DNA from: an uncultured Candidatus Saccharibacteria bacterium
GTDB lineage: Bacteria > Patescibacteriota > Minisyncoccia > Ryanbacterales > GWA2-47-10b
DNA length: 64,000 bases
Assembly (NCBI GenBank): GCA_964356915.1
Contig: CAYHJF010000001.1
Location: 146,200-210,199 of the forward strand
Reading direction: 5' to 3'
Shown: piece by piece, positions 54,870 through 64,000 of the stretch
How positions within the stretch are numbered: position 1 is the first letter of the stretch
Layout: every line of letters starts with the position of its first letter
Made by a program: the position numbers and the translations under genes
The notes under the pieces: model-generated
Told to the model about the DNA's origin: nothing
The model's input: only the letters and a program-made list of their open reading frames with translations
The model's database searches: none

Positions 54870-57401
54870 ATGAAATTCTTTTCAAAATTTATCATCGTAG
54901 CTATCGTTCTCTCTATACTTTTCGCACCCGTGCAACCAGCACTTGCAAGTCACGATGGAACATCTCACGAAGAACCAAATTACACGCCCGCCCAAGACCC
55001 TAACAGTGAAAAGGTTATAAGAGACTCTGGAGTTCAAAATCGTCCGGGGGCAACACAGCGCGGAGGGATCCCCGATCCAGCGCACGGGATGGTTACTCCT
55101 GCGGGAGGGACTCCACCGACGGAGGCAGCCGCTGACACTGGCTGCATTAAAACAGGACCTCTTGGCGTTCCGTACCCTGGTGACTTAAAGATGTGTGTCG
55201 TAGAAATTTTTGCTCACATAGCAAACTGGGTAATGTGGGGCATGTCATGGTTTGTCTGGATGTCAGCAAAGTTTCTTAACATGGCTCTTGCCATTCAAAA
55301 CGAAGCGTTTATCGATCCTGTTCTTGTAAATGTCGGGTGGCAGATTGCGCGTGACACCGTAAACATGTTCTTTATTCTGGTTATACTCGTTATTGCGATT
55401 TCAATGATCCTTGGCCTCGGACAATATGGAACTAGTCAGACGCTCGTATCTCTCCTCATATCTGCCGTGCTCATTAACTTTAGCCTCCCGCTCACGGGTA
55501 TTGTTATTGATTTTTCAAATACACTTGGTAATACCTTCTACGACAAAATGGGAAGCGAGCAGGATAACGACATCGCTGGCATGGAAGGCATACGAAAACG
55601 CGATATCTCTGTCGTGTTAGTCAGTGGATTTGCCGTTCAAAAAACATTTCAAACAACGGGAACCGCTACTTTTGGGTCATCATTCAATACAATATCGAAC
55701 ATCATTCTCAATGGACTCATGGGATCTATTCTCATGGCCATTATGTCATTCACACTCCTTGCGGCTACGGCACTCTTGATTATGCGAATTATCGTGCTCT
55801 GGATACTAATGATCCTCTCGCCACTCGCTTTCTTCGCAAATGGAGTCCCAAGCTTAAAAGGATACTTTGGCACCTGGGCAAGTAAGCTTATGCGACAAGC
55901 ATTTTTCTATCCCGCCTATATGTTTATGCTCTATCTCGTCGTATCGGCAATCGACGGGGGAGTTATTGAGCATCTCTTTAAAAGCCAACACGCGCTGAGT
56001 ACCGCAAGCATGTTTCAATCAGCCGAAGCACAAGCATTTACGGGAGCGATCACATCAAAGGTAAATATCATCCTTGGATTCGTCTTTTTGGGAGCTCTAA
56101 ATATCGCTGCTCTCACCGTGGCAACAAGCATGGGTGCCTATGGAGCGGGCGCTGTCATGAAGCAATGGGGGAGCGTCTCTGGTCAAGCACGATCTCTCGG
56201 AAGACGAATCGCCACCTCTCCACTACGCTCACGCGCAGCAGGAGCGGTCGCATCTGGAGTTGCCACGACCACTGGGTCTGCCGCTGGCCTTGCCGGTCGT
56301 ATACCTCTTATCGGCAACGCAACAGCTCGTGGGCTTGCTCGTGCTGGCAGTGCCCCTCAACGAGCCTATACCAAAGCGGCCGAAGAGCGCGCCACTCAAC
56401 GAACTGACTACATGAAGACGCTCTCTCCGCGAGACTTTACCGCAAGCATGCACACAATAACGCAACCTCAAGATCAGGCACGTGCCTGGAAAAATGCCAA
56501 CGATTCACAGCGCGCTTCATATATGCAAAGTCTTGATCCTCAAGCACAAGTACAGTTCATCAACTCAGTCCATGGACACGTCGCCCAGCAACAAGGAACT
56601 CGTGAAGCTGACGCATTTAGGAAACAGGCAGCCTTGTCTGGAGGTGGGGTCGGAACCGCACTCACGGCACTCTACGGTCAGCAAAGCCCCATACTACAAA
56701 GATTTAATGGGAGAGCTGCTACCGATATTACAGACGCGGAGTTTGCTGCAGCGGGCACAACGCGCTCACAATACACAACAGAACGTCAATCTCGCATGGG
56801 TAACTTGGTACGCAATATGAGTGAAGGTGATCTTGGAAAAGTTGCCGCCGCATCAGTCGCAGGGGACACTGATTTCCGTCGTGCACTCCTCGAACAAGGA
56901 AAAGATGTAAACAAGCTTACTGAGATCAAAGAAGGTGTGAGCGAAGATACACGACGAGCATATGAAGAGTTCTCAGCTCTTACAAAGAACCCCTCGCGTG
57001 CAGTAGAGCTACGCTATGGTATGCCCGAACCTCAAGCAGGTGCCTCTCAACAAGAGATCGATGCGTTCCAAGGGAATATGAATGAATGGGTTGGGAATAT
57101 GGATGACAAGACGGTCAGTAAGCTCGATGCAAACGCGATTAGAAATAATCACTACTTGCAAAACGCCATGGCACAGATGTTTAGCCCTCAAGACATTAAG
57201 CGTGTTGCAAGTAACACTGAACGGGCGCAGGCTTTGCACGATCTCTTTTATCGAGATCAGGGCGTTAATCGCTCACCAGAATTTAATCAATTTGTACAAG
57301 ATAATCAGAGACTTTCAAAAGGAATTAAAGGAAACGCTGGAGTCCGATCAGTCATATTCGGCGGTCGCGTAGCAACAAAGCGTGATGTCGATACTCCATA
57401 A
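54870..57401 (+). CDS. VirB6/TrbL-like polytopic membrane protein with long hydrophilic C-terminal tail
   Basis: Signal peptide, at least 6 TM helices in the central 350 aa, then a roughly 400-aa A/G/R/Q-rich soluble tail. This architecture and its position upstream of VirB3/VirB4-like genes fit T4SS VirB6 homologues. Confidence 0.45.
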   Translation: MKFFSKFIIVAIVLSILFAPVQPALASHDGTSHEEPNYTPAQDPNSEKVIRDSGVQNRPGATQRGGIPDPAHGMVTPAGGTPPTEAAADTGCIKTGPLGVPYPGDLKMCVVEIFAHIANWVMWGMSWFVWMSAKFLNMALAIQNEAFIDPVLVNVGWQIARDTVNMFFILVILVIAISMILGLGQYGTSQTLVSLLISAVLINFSLPLTGIVIDFSNTLGNTFYDKMGSEQDNDIAGMEGIRKRDISVVLVSGFAVQKTFQTTGTATFGSSFNTISNIILNGLMGSILMAIMSFTLLAATALLIMRIIVLWILMILSPLAFFANGVPSLKGYFGTWASKLMRQAFFYPAYMFMLYLVVSAIDGGVIEHLFKSQHALSTASMFQSAEAQAFTGAITSKVNIILGFVFLGALNIAALTVATSMGAYGAGAVMKQWGSVSGQARSLGRRIATSPLRSRAAGAVASGVATTTGSAAGLAGRIPLIGNATARGLARAGSAPQRAYTKAAEERATQRTDYMKTLSPRDFTASMHTITQPQDQARAWKNANDSQRASYMQSLDPQAQVQFINSVHGHVAQQQGTREADAFRKQAALSGGGVGTALTALYGQQSPILQRFNGRAATDITDAEFAAAGTTRSQYTTERQSRMGNLVRNMSEGDLGKVAAASVAGDTDFRRALLEQGKDVNKLTEIKEGVSEDTRRAYEEFSALTKNPSRAVELRYGMPEPQAGASQQEIDAFQGNMNEWVGNMDDKTVSKLDANAIRNNHYLQNAMAQMFSPQDIKRVASNTERAQALHDLFYRDQGVNRSPEFNQFVQDNQRLSKGIKGNAGVRSVIFGGRVATKRDVDTP

Positions 57402-57406
57402 ATATT

Positions 57407-57994
57407 ATGTCTTACCCAAGAACTGAAATAGAAAAACGATACGAAAACCTTCCTGAATCACTCAAGGAGCTTTTGTTTGCGGACGAAACAACCGAACACA
57501 TTGAAGCGCTCGGACAAAAGTATAATTTACTTCTCGATAAAACTGGCGCCCTTTCCGAAGAGGTGGGATACTTTGTTCTTGGTCTCACTCATCCAAAAAA
57601 TTTCCGCGGGCGGATCATTAGCGCGACAGGTGTATCTGATATTCAAGCAAACGAAATTATCGAAGACCTCAACAACTCCCTTTTCCGACCGCTCCGTAAC
57701 GAACTCATGGCGCTTCACGGGGAAGGGGACGCAGCGTTTATAACAACAGTCACTCCGAAACCGGAGAGCGCATTCTCATACCAAAGCATTAAACCGAAAC
57801 CGATTCCTTCGGCGCCAGTTTTCAGCTCAACTACATCTCCCGCCCAATCTCAACAAACAACAACGCCATCTCAATCCGTACAATCACCTCAAGTAACTGA
57901 GACTCGACCGAGCGCAACTGAAAAACTCGTACCTTCATCTCCTCAGACCCAAAGCACGATTATCAATGATCCGTACCGTGAGATACCTACATAA
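57407..57994 (+). CDS. hypothetical protein with S/T/P/Q-rich C-terminus
   Basis: ORF with RBS spacing. Low-complexity tail (SAPVFSSTTSPAQSQQTTTPSQSVQSPQ). Confidence 0.3.
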   Translation: MSYPRTEIEKRYENLPESLKELLFADETTEHIEALGQKYNLLLDKTGALSEEVGYFVLGLTHPKNFRGRIISATGVSDIQANEIIEDLNNSLFRPLRNELMALHGEGDAAFITTVTPKPESAFSYQSIKPKPIPSAPVFSSTTSPAQSQQTTTPSQSVQSPQVTETRPSATEKLVPSSPQTQSTIINDPYREIPT

Positions 57995-58002
57995 TATTTC
58001 CC

Positions 58003-58413
58003 ATGCAACAGTTTCAAGTTCCACAATTCATTGATGTCGAAGATAAAATCTTCGGACAGCTTACCGCAAAGCAATTTCTTTACCTCTTAGGAGGTGGAGC
58101 GTTTATGCTCGTCTTTTGGCTCATGCGCCTACCTACGATCATACTTTTTTTTCTTATGGCTCTATTTGGTGGATTCTTTGGAGCGCTCGCATTCGCAAAA
58201 GTTAACGGCCAACCATTTGTCGTATTTCTCAATAATGCCGCAAACCACTACATACACCAGCGCATCTACATATGGAAGCGCCGAGAAAAAAAAGCCGAGG
58301 CAGCCGCAGAAATAGCCGCCGCCACAACTCCATATACGCCCAAACTTACAAAAAATGCTCTCAAAGAACTATCCTGGTCGCTTGATATTAAGAACGTTGA
58401 ACATAGACGATAA
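58003..58413 (+). CDS. VirB3-like small two-TM protein
   Basis: 136 aa with two adjacent TM helices (FLYLLGGGAFMLVFWLM; IILFFLMALFGGFFGALAF), immediately upstream of the VirB4 genes with a 1-nt overlap. This is the conserved VirB3-VirB4 arrangement. Confidence 0.4.
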   Translation: MQQFQVPQFIDVEDKIFGQLTAKQFLYLLGGGAFMLVFWLMRLPTIILFFLMALFGGFFGALAFAKVNGQPFVVFLNNAANHYIHQRIYIWKRREKKAEAAAEIAAATTPYTPKLTKNALKELSWSLDIKNVEHRR

Positions 58414-59087
58414 TGGCATTTGTTGAATCAAAACTCGCCGCAAAAGCAGCCGCATCCCAAGAGCTCGTCCCTATTCGAGAAGTTCGTAATGGCGTCGTTA
58501 TTTTAAAGGATGGCTCTCTTCGTGTTGTATTGATGGCCTCGAGTCTCAATTTTGCTCTCAAATCAGCCGTGGAGCAGGATGCTATCATTCTTCAGTACCA
58601 AAATTTTCTTAATTCTCTCGATTTCTCAATCGAGTTTTTCATTCAATCCCGCAAACTCAATATCGAGCCTTACCTTGAAACACTACGCGCACGACTCAAA
58701 GTAGAAACAAGCGAGCTTTTGAAAATTCAGATCTCTGAATATATTACATTTGTAAAAGATTTTGTAACAACAGCAAATATTGTTTCGAAAACATTCTATG
58801 TTGTTATTACATACGTTCCATCTTCAATTACCGTGAACTCAGCGACTGGTGGTTTTTTTGGAAAAAAGAACTCTGGGAAGGCCTTCGATGAATCAAAATT
58901 TCAAGAATATCAAGTGCAACTCTCTCAACGCTCAAGCGTAGTTATCGACGGACTCGCACGATGCGGCGTGCGCGCAGTACCACTCAACACAGAAGAACTC
59001 ATTGAACTTTATTATGGTCTTTACAACCCAGGTGAAGCGGAAAAGGGGGGCGCACCCGAACTTCTCAGTCAGGAGCAACAAGGATAA
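58413..59087 (+). CDS. VirB4/TrbE N-terminal domain encoded as a separate ORF
   Basis: LVPIREVRNGVVILKDGSLRVVLMASSLNFALKSAVEQDAIIL resembles the N-terminus of Gram-positive-type VirB4 ATPases (ip..i.dGiivtkDg.y..il.v.piNf.l.s..Eq). Ends 4 nt before the VirB4 core ORF in a different frame. Confidence 0.5.
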   Translation: MAFVESKLAAKAAASQELVPIREVRNGVVILKDGSLRVVLMASSLNFALKSAVEQDAIILQYQNFLNSLDFSIEFFIQSRKLNIEPYLETLRARLKVETSELLKIQISEYITFVKDFVTTANIVSKTFYVVITYVPSSITVNSATGGFFGKKNSGKAFDESKFQEYQVQLSQRSSVVIDGLARCGVRAVPLNTEELIELYYGLYNPGEAEKGGAPELLSQEQQG

Positions 59088-59091
59088 TTAT

Positions 59092-60909
59092 ATGGGAATT
59101 TTTGACTTTCTATCAAAAAAAGAACCGAGCAGCGAAGCTCTGCCCGTTCTTCCGCAAGAAATTTATACTTCCGGACTTTTAGAGCTACAAGACGTTATCG
59201 CACCGTCTGCACTTGAGGTCAATTCAAACTACATCCGACTCGGAGAAAAGCTCGCGCGTACTATTTTCGTATTCGCGTACCCACGGTTTCTTGCAACAGG
59301 GTGGTTTTCGACAACGATAAACCTCGATAAAATTTTTGATGTCGCGATTTACATTCACCCCGTCGACACAAGTATTGTTATGCGACAACTTCGAAAAAAG
59401 GTTGCGCAGGTACAGTCACAGATCTCTACACGAGAAGAAAAGGGGCTCGTCCGTGATCCAATGCTCGATACTGCACACCAAGATCTCGAAAGTCTTCGCG
59501 ATAAACTTACTCAGGCACAAGAAAAGCTCTTTCAGTTTGGAATCTATCTCACGATCTACGCGAACACCATAGAAGAACTCAATCAAAATGAGACTGAAAT
59601 TAAATCGCTTTTAGAGGCTCGCCTCGTCTATTCAAAACCCGCACTCTTTCAACAGAAAGAGGGTCTCAATACCGTATTTCCATTTGGGAAAGATGAAATC
59701 GGCGTATACAGCTTCTTTAACTCATCCCCCGCCTCATCTGTCTTTCCATTTGTCTCCTTTGATCTCACCTCAAACAAAGGGATCTTGTTTGGCATCAACC
59801 GCCACAACAACTCCCTCATTCTCTTCGATCGCTTTGGAATGGAAAATTATAACTCAGTTATGTTCGCAAAGTCTGGATCTGGAAAATCATATACTACCAA
59901 ACTTGAGATTCTTCGCTCTCTTATGTTTGATACTGACGTAATCGTCATCGACCCAGAACGCGAATATGAGTACCTTGCCGAGTCCGTAGGGGGGCGCTAT
60001 TTTAATATCTCTCTTACCTCAAAGCACCACATCAATCCATTTGATTTACCCGTGCCTCGCGAAGATGAATCGCCTGCAGATGTCCTACGCTCGCACATCA
60101 TTGGACTCGTCGGGCTATTCCGACTCATGCTTGGCGGTCTCACACCTGAAGAGGATGCAATTATCGACCGCGCGATCACAGAAACATATGCCGCGCGAGA
60201 CATTACACCTAATGCTGATTTTTCTCAAACAGCCCCTCCAACTCTATCAGATCTCCAGCTCGTACTTGCAAACATGCAGGGCGGGGAAAATCTTGGAATA
60301 CGTCTTAAAAAATATACGGAAGGTACTTGGGCTGGGTTTATTAACCAACCCTCAAACGTTAACATCAATCAACGGCTAATCGTCTTTTCAATCCGTGACA
60401 TGGAAGAAGAGCTTCGCCCAATCGCAATGTATCTTATCGTTAACTATATCTGGAGCGCAGTACGTCGAAGTCTCAAAAAACGCCTACTCGTCATCGATGA
60501 GGCGTGGATCATGATGAAATCTCAAGACAGCGCATCTTTTCTTTACGGCCTTGTAAAGCGGGCTCGCAAATATTATCTTGGCGTCGCTACTATTACGCAA
60601 GATGTCGCTGATTTTATGCAATCACCGTATGGCAAGCCAATTGTCACTAACTCATCGATTCAACTTCTTCTTAAGCAATCTCCTGCCTCCATTAACGCAG
60701 TCCAAGATATTTTTAATCTTACTGAAGAGGAAAAGTTTCTTCTTCTGGAATCTGACGTTGGGGAGGGGATCTTCTTTGCAGGCCTTAAACACGTAGCGAT
60801 TAAAGTACAGGCATCCTATACCGAGCATCAAATCATCACTTCTGATCCAAAAGAACTTCTTGCCATTAAACAAGCAAAAGATTCAATACAAACAGGGGGC
60901 ACCTTTTAG
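59092..60909 (+). CDS. VirB4/TrbE/CagE-family type IV secretion ATPase (core and C-terminal ATPase domains)
   Basis: YPRFLATGWFSTTINLD (VirB4 middle-domain pattern), Walker A MFAKSGSGKS, Walker B LLVIDEAW, ITQDVADF. Start at MGIFDF with RBS aggat. Confidence 0.7.
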   Translation: MGIFDFLSKKEPSSEALPVLPQEIYTSGLLELQDVIAPSALEVNSNYIRLGEKLARTIFVFAYPRFLATGWFSTTINLDKIFDVAIYIHPVDTSIVMRQLRKKVAQVQSQISTREEKGLVRDPMLDTAHQDLESLRDKLTQAQEKLFQFGIYLTIYANTIEELNQNETEIKSLLEARLVYSKPALFQQKEGLNTVFPFGKDEIGVYSFFNSSPASSVFPFVSFDLTSNKGILFGINRHNNSLILFDRFGMENYNSVMFAKSGSGKSYTTKLEILRSLMFDTDVIVIDPEREYEYLAESVGGRYFNISLTSKHHINPFDLPVPREDESPADVLRSHIIGLVGLFRLMLGGLTPEEDAIIDRAITETYAARDITPNADFSQTAPPTLSDLQLVLANMQGGENLGIRLKKYTEGTWAGFINQPSNVNINQRLIVFSIRDMEEELRPIAMYLIVNYIWSAVRRSLKKRLLVIDEAWIMMKSQDSASFLYGLVKRARKYYLGVATITQDVADFMQSPYGKPIVTNSSIQLLLKQSPASINAVQDIFNLTEEEKFLLLESDVGEGIFFAGLKHVAIKVQASYTEHQIITSDPKELLAIKQAKDSIQTGGTF

Positions 60910-60912
60910 TGT

Positions 60913-61431
60913 ATGGACGAAGAATACGAATTTGCAGCAGACCTACATAGCTCTCGATTATTAGATGCTGAGAGATTAAAACATCTCGTAGTCGATGCTG
61001 CGGAACGAGTCGCTCGAAAACTCAACGAGCTTATTGCTCAAGGACATGACACTACAGCGTTTTCAATTGCCTTATTTCTTGCCCTACTCAAAGATGTCGT
61101 ACTAGATTTTCTCCTTGATTTTACCGGTATCGGACTTATTCCTGTTCTTGGCCAATTACCTGGACTCTTTGTAAGTGCCGCTCTCATGTACTTTTTATGG
61201 GGGAAAGGATGGTTTTTGGCGCCTCGAGTACGAATTATCTGGTGGATCTTTGGATTTTTCTTTGATAACCTACCTCTTTTTGAAGAATTGCCCATCACAA
61301 TCATTGTAGTTCTTTACGCATGGCACATTGTTCGTAAACGAGCGGAGAAAGCCCAAGCTCAACTTGAGAATCTCAACTCCCTAACTGAAAGAGAACTGGA
61401 AGAGATTGAGGATGAGTTAGTTATAGCCTAA
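60913..61431 (+). CDS. small polytopic membrane protein (candidate pilin/VirB2-like or accessory subunit)
   Basis: 3-4 hydrophobic helices in 172 aa. Tightly linked to VirB4. Confidence 0.3.
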   Translation: MDEEYEFAADLHSSRLLDAERLKHLVVDAAERVARKLNELIAQGHDTTAFSIALFLALLKDVVLDFLLDFTGIGLIPVLGQLPGLFVSAALMYFLWGKGWFLAPRVRIIWWIFGFFFDNLPLFEELPITIIVVLYAWHIVRKRAEKAQAQLENLNSLTERELEEIEDELVIA

Positions 61432-61459
61432 CGATGCCAGGAACGTTATAATAAAAGAA

Positions 61460-62638
61460 GTGATGCATACGCTCAGAAAAAAAATATCAGCAACATTGCC
61501 TATCTTGATTATAATCTCGTGCTTCTTCGCGTCTTCTGTATCAGCCCAAGAAATCGCATCCACAACACCTCAAGTTTTTACCCCACAAGACCTTACCGTT
61601 GAGCAACAACTCATCATACGAAAACAAATCCTTGATCTATTTGGCATCCCTACCGACGCTCAAATTAGTCTTTTTGATACGATAAAGGGAAATCCATTTG
61701 GAAATAGCCTACCAGGAAAACTTGACCCTCTTCGTGATGTGGAGATTGTTGTTGGAGACGAAGCACTACAACCAGGAACACGCGGATCTTTATATGTAGT
61801 CGCGGCAAACACAAACCTACGCCAATCAACAATCACGTGGTCACGAAACAACAAGATAGAAGCCTCAGGGAAAGGAGCAACTGTTTTTTCCTTTCCTGTA
61901 GGAGCGATCGGATCGCGTGATATTATAAAAGTGACTATACGAACGCCTGAAGGTAGCGTGAAGCAGCTAACCAAAACCATTAACCCCGCGCGCATTCACT
62001 TTGCCTGGTCAACAGACTCCTACACCCCGACATGGTATCGAGGAAAAGCTCTTCCAGTCCCTGGTTCAGGCATTAGTGTAACCGCCTTTCCTGAAGTCCG
62101 AGTAAATAATATTCCTGTCCCTCAGGCAAACCTTGATTACGAATGGTCTGTAAATGATGAGGTGCGCCTACGAGAACAACGGGGGGCATCAACGTTTTCT
62201 TTTTTGACATCGGAGTTCCAGCGTACACCCTATCAAATTAGCGTGCGGGTACGTGACTCTCAGCGTAATGTTGTCCACCGAGAAACAATATTAATAAAAA
62301 CTGTAAGTCCATTTATCAGATTTTATCGAGAGGACGCGCTTTATGGACTCATGACAAATGCTTCCATCCAAAATCTTGTACTAAAACCAGGTGATGATTC
62401 TTTAATTGATTTTGAGCCTTACCACATGCCCTACGGCGCACTTGATAATATGGCTTTCCGGTGGGATTTTGGATCCAATCAAGGACAGCAAACAGGGATT
62501 AATGACCGCAAGCTACGCATCACCACTCCATCAGACGGACTCTCCAGTTGGTCTCTCTCAATATCATACTCAACTCCCTCACATGTGCTCTTGCGTGGAA
62601 AATCTGACCTCTTAACTATCAGTAATCAATCTCTCTAA
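61460..62638 (+). CDS. hypothetical secreted protein (signal peptide)
   Basis: MMHTLRKKISATLPILIIISCFFASSVSA signal. Beta-rich composition. Confidence 0.35.
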   Translation: MMHTLRKKISATLPILIIISCFFASSVSAQEIASTTPQVFTPQDLTVEQQLIIRKQILDLFGIPTDAQISLFDTIKGNPFGNSLPGKLDPLRDVEIVVGDEALQPGTRGSLYVVAANTNLRQSTITWSRNNKIEASGKGATVFSFPVGAIGSRDIIKVTIRTPEGSVKQLTKTINPARIHFAWSTDSYTPTWYRGKALPVPGSGISVTAFPEVRVNNIPVPQANLDYEWSVNDEVRLREQRGASTFSFLTSEFQRTPYQISVRVRDSQRNVVHRETILIKTVSPFIRFYREDALYGLMTNASIQNLVLKPGDDSLIDFEPYHMPYGALDNMAFRWDFGSNQGQQTGINDRKLRITTPSDGLSSWSLSISYSTPSHVLLRGKSDLLTISNQSL

Positions 62639-62641
62639 ATT

Positions 62642-63856
62642 ATGTCTCGCAGAACTCAAATAATTCTCGGCATCATCGCCATCATACTCATTATCGCCCT
62701 TGGCGTGTGGCTCTTTTTACGGAACCGAACTGGGTCCACAGCAGGAGGAGGGCTACCATTTTTTGGAGGAGGGAATCTACCTTCAACAGGAGGGAATGGG
62801 GGATCTTTGGGCGGAGGATCGACTCCTGGAGGAGAGCTGGAGAATATTCCTACGGGCGGTACTGTACCCGTAACTGAAGAAGAGAAAAAGCGTCTCGTCC
62901 AGCTCACCCATGAACCAACAATTGGAGCTACTGTAAGTCCAGCTGAAAATCGAGTTATGTACTTCAAACTTGGTCTCGGACATCTTTTTGACACCGCATT
63001 TGACGGAGAAGGTGGGGAAGTGAACCTCTCCACAATCACAACAAAAAATATCATTGACGTGGACTGGTCAACAAAAAAAACGTATGCCTTTGTCACTGGG
63101 CTTATTAACGACTCTGTTGAAAATCACTGGTTTCACATAACAAGCACTTCTACAGTAGAACACGGCACGTTTCGTGAACCGATCGTAAGTGCGGATTTTT
63201 CTCCATCAGCAGAAAAGCTCGTTACCATAGTAAGAGCCGGGAAAACATCGACCGTACGTACCTCGAACCCCGATGGATCAAATATGAAACAACTTATCGC
63301 ACAACAAATCCCCGATCTAGATGTCGAGTGGATTAGGCAAGATCTCGTATTTCTTAAAACGAAAACTTCTGCGTTCGCAGAAACTCTCCTTGAGACTGTT
63401 TCTATTCCTTCCGGAATATCAACGTTCGTACCATTCAACCAAAAAGGAGTTGATGTTTTATGGCACCCCGATGGTGACCAATATCTCGCATCTGTAAGCG
63501 ATGATAATGGGGCCTTTAGTAGCATCACACTTCGATCGCGCACATCTCCAAATTACAAACCATTTCTCTATCGCACCGTACCCGAAAAATGTTACTTCTC
63601 TAAAAAAGATTCGAAAGTTCTCTATTGTGCAATTCCGAAAAATTTTACCGTTGACTCTATGCCTGACATTTGGTGGCAAGGAAGTATACAGTTCTCTGAT
63701 GAGCTCTGGAAAATCAATATCGAAAGTGGCGAAACAACAATTCTTCTTGATGGTGGTGGCTTCGACATAACAAACCTGTTTACATCTCCAAATGAAAATT
63801 TCATTTTCTTTATTAATAAAAATGACCTAACTCTTTGGAGCTATAGACTTTTATAA
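62642..63856 (+). CDS. membrane-anchored Gly-rich, beta-propeller-like (PD40/TolB-like repeats) protein
   Basis: N-terminal TM (IILGIIAIILIIALGVWLF), G-rich linker, recurring xPDGxx motifs (SNPDGSNM; WHPDGDQYLA; SPNENFIFF) as in TolB/DPP-IV-type propellers. Confidence 0.35.
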   Translation: MSRRTQIILGIIAIILIIALGVWLFLRNRTGSTAGGGLPFFGGGNLPSTGGNGGSLGGGSTPGGELENIPTGGTVPVTEEEKKRLVQLTHEPTIGATVSPAENRVMYFKLGLGHLFDTAFDGEGGEVNLSTITTKNIIDVDWSTKKTYAFVTGLINDSVENHWFHITSTSTVEHGTFREPIVSADFSPSAEKLVTIVRAGKTSTVRTSNPDGSNMKQLIAQQIPDLDVEWIRQDLVFLKTKTSAFAETLLETVSIPSGISTFVPFNQKGVDVLWHPDGDQYLASVSDDNGAFSSITLRSRTSPNYKPFLYRTVPEKCYFSKKDSKVLYCAIPKNFTVDSMPDIWWQGSIQFSDELWKINIESGETTILLDGGGFDITNLFTSPNENFIFFINKNDLTLWSYRLL

Positions 63857-63858
63857 GT

Positions 63859-64000
63859 ATGAAAAAAAATACCGCGCGTATACTAACCCTTACTCTTATA
63901 GCGATCGCTCTTCCGCTCTTCGTTTCCGCAGAAATTCAATATGGCCTATCAGCTCCTCTACCAGGAGGATCCTTGGCCACAAAGACAAGCCCTCAGATCG
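63859..64000 (+). CDS. signal-peptide protein, 5-prime part only (runs off window end)
   Basis: ATG at 63859. MKKNTARILTLTLIAIALPLFVSAEIQYG... is a typical Sec signal. Continues past the window. Confidence 0.3.
   Translation, partial: MKKNTARILTLTLIAIALPLFVSAEIQYGLSAPLPGGSLATKTSPQI

Overview
The window reads as about 64 kb of a small, roughly 45% GC bacterial chromosome. Gene content suggests a Candidate Phyla Radiation / Patescibacteria-like organism: many type IV pilus and secretion genes, large repeat-rich surface proteins, and nine tRNAs, most without an encoded CCA. That assignment is inference only. There are four main blocks. (1) A 13-gene minus-strand type IV pilus cluster at 2.7-13.6 kb: sensor kinase, CheY-like regulator, pilB, pilC, three pilin-like genes, a 790-aa Cys-rich pilus-associated protein, pilMNO and a small downstream gene. 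(2) A housekeeping stretch at 13.7-23.3 kb: nusA, H+-pyrophosphatase, tig-clpP, iPGM, rny and hupA. It is interrupted by a GC-rich, non-coding, highly structured segment between rny and hupA. (3) An accessory-looking stretch at 23.6-40.3 kb holding six tRNAs. It includes two large secreted proteins carrying near-identical tandem repeats. It also holds an 840-bp islet bounded by tRNA-Pro and tRNA-Ala, which carries a YraN-like nuclease gene peppered with seven copies of the perfect palindrome TTTCACGTGAAA. A complete tRNA-Pro(CGG) there is flanked by 5-prime and 3-prime tRNA-Pro fragments. An SPFH gene there begins with three 54-bp tandem repeats. A roughly 520-nt GC-rich non-coding region is framed by a textbook sigma-70 promoter and a terminator, next to a XerC/D-type recombinase gene. 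(4) A plus-strand operon of at least 11 genes (53-64 kb) encodes a VirB4-centred type IV secretion-like membrane machine. It has VirB6-like and VirB3-like proteins and a VirB4 split into an N-domain ORF and a core ATPase ORF. The remaining genes are rpsO, an NYN-domain gene, pnp, yifB/comM, a CBS protein, a LysM-M23 peptidase, uvrD/pcrA, rsmA, cca and others. No CRISPR array, rRNA or prophage structural genes were found. The two GC-rich structured regions could not be matched by eye to tmRNA, RNase P, SRP or 5S signatures.
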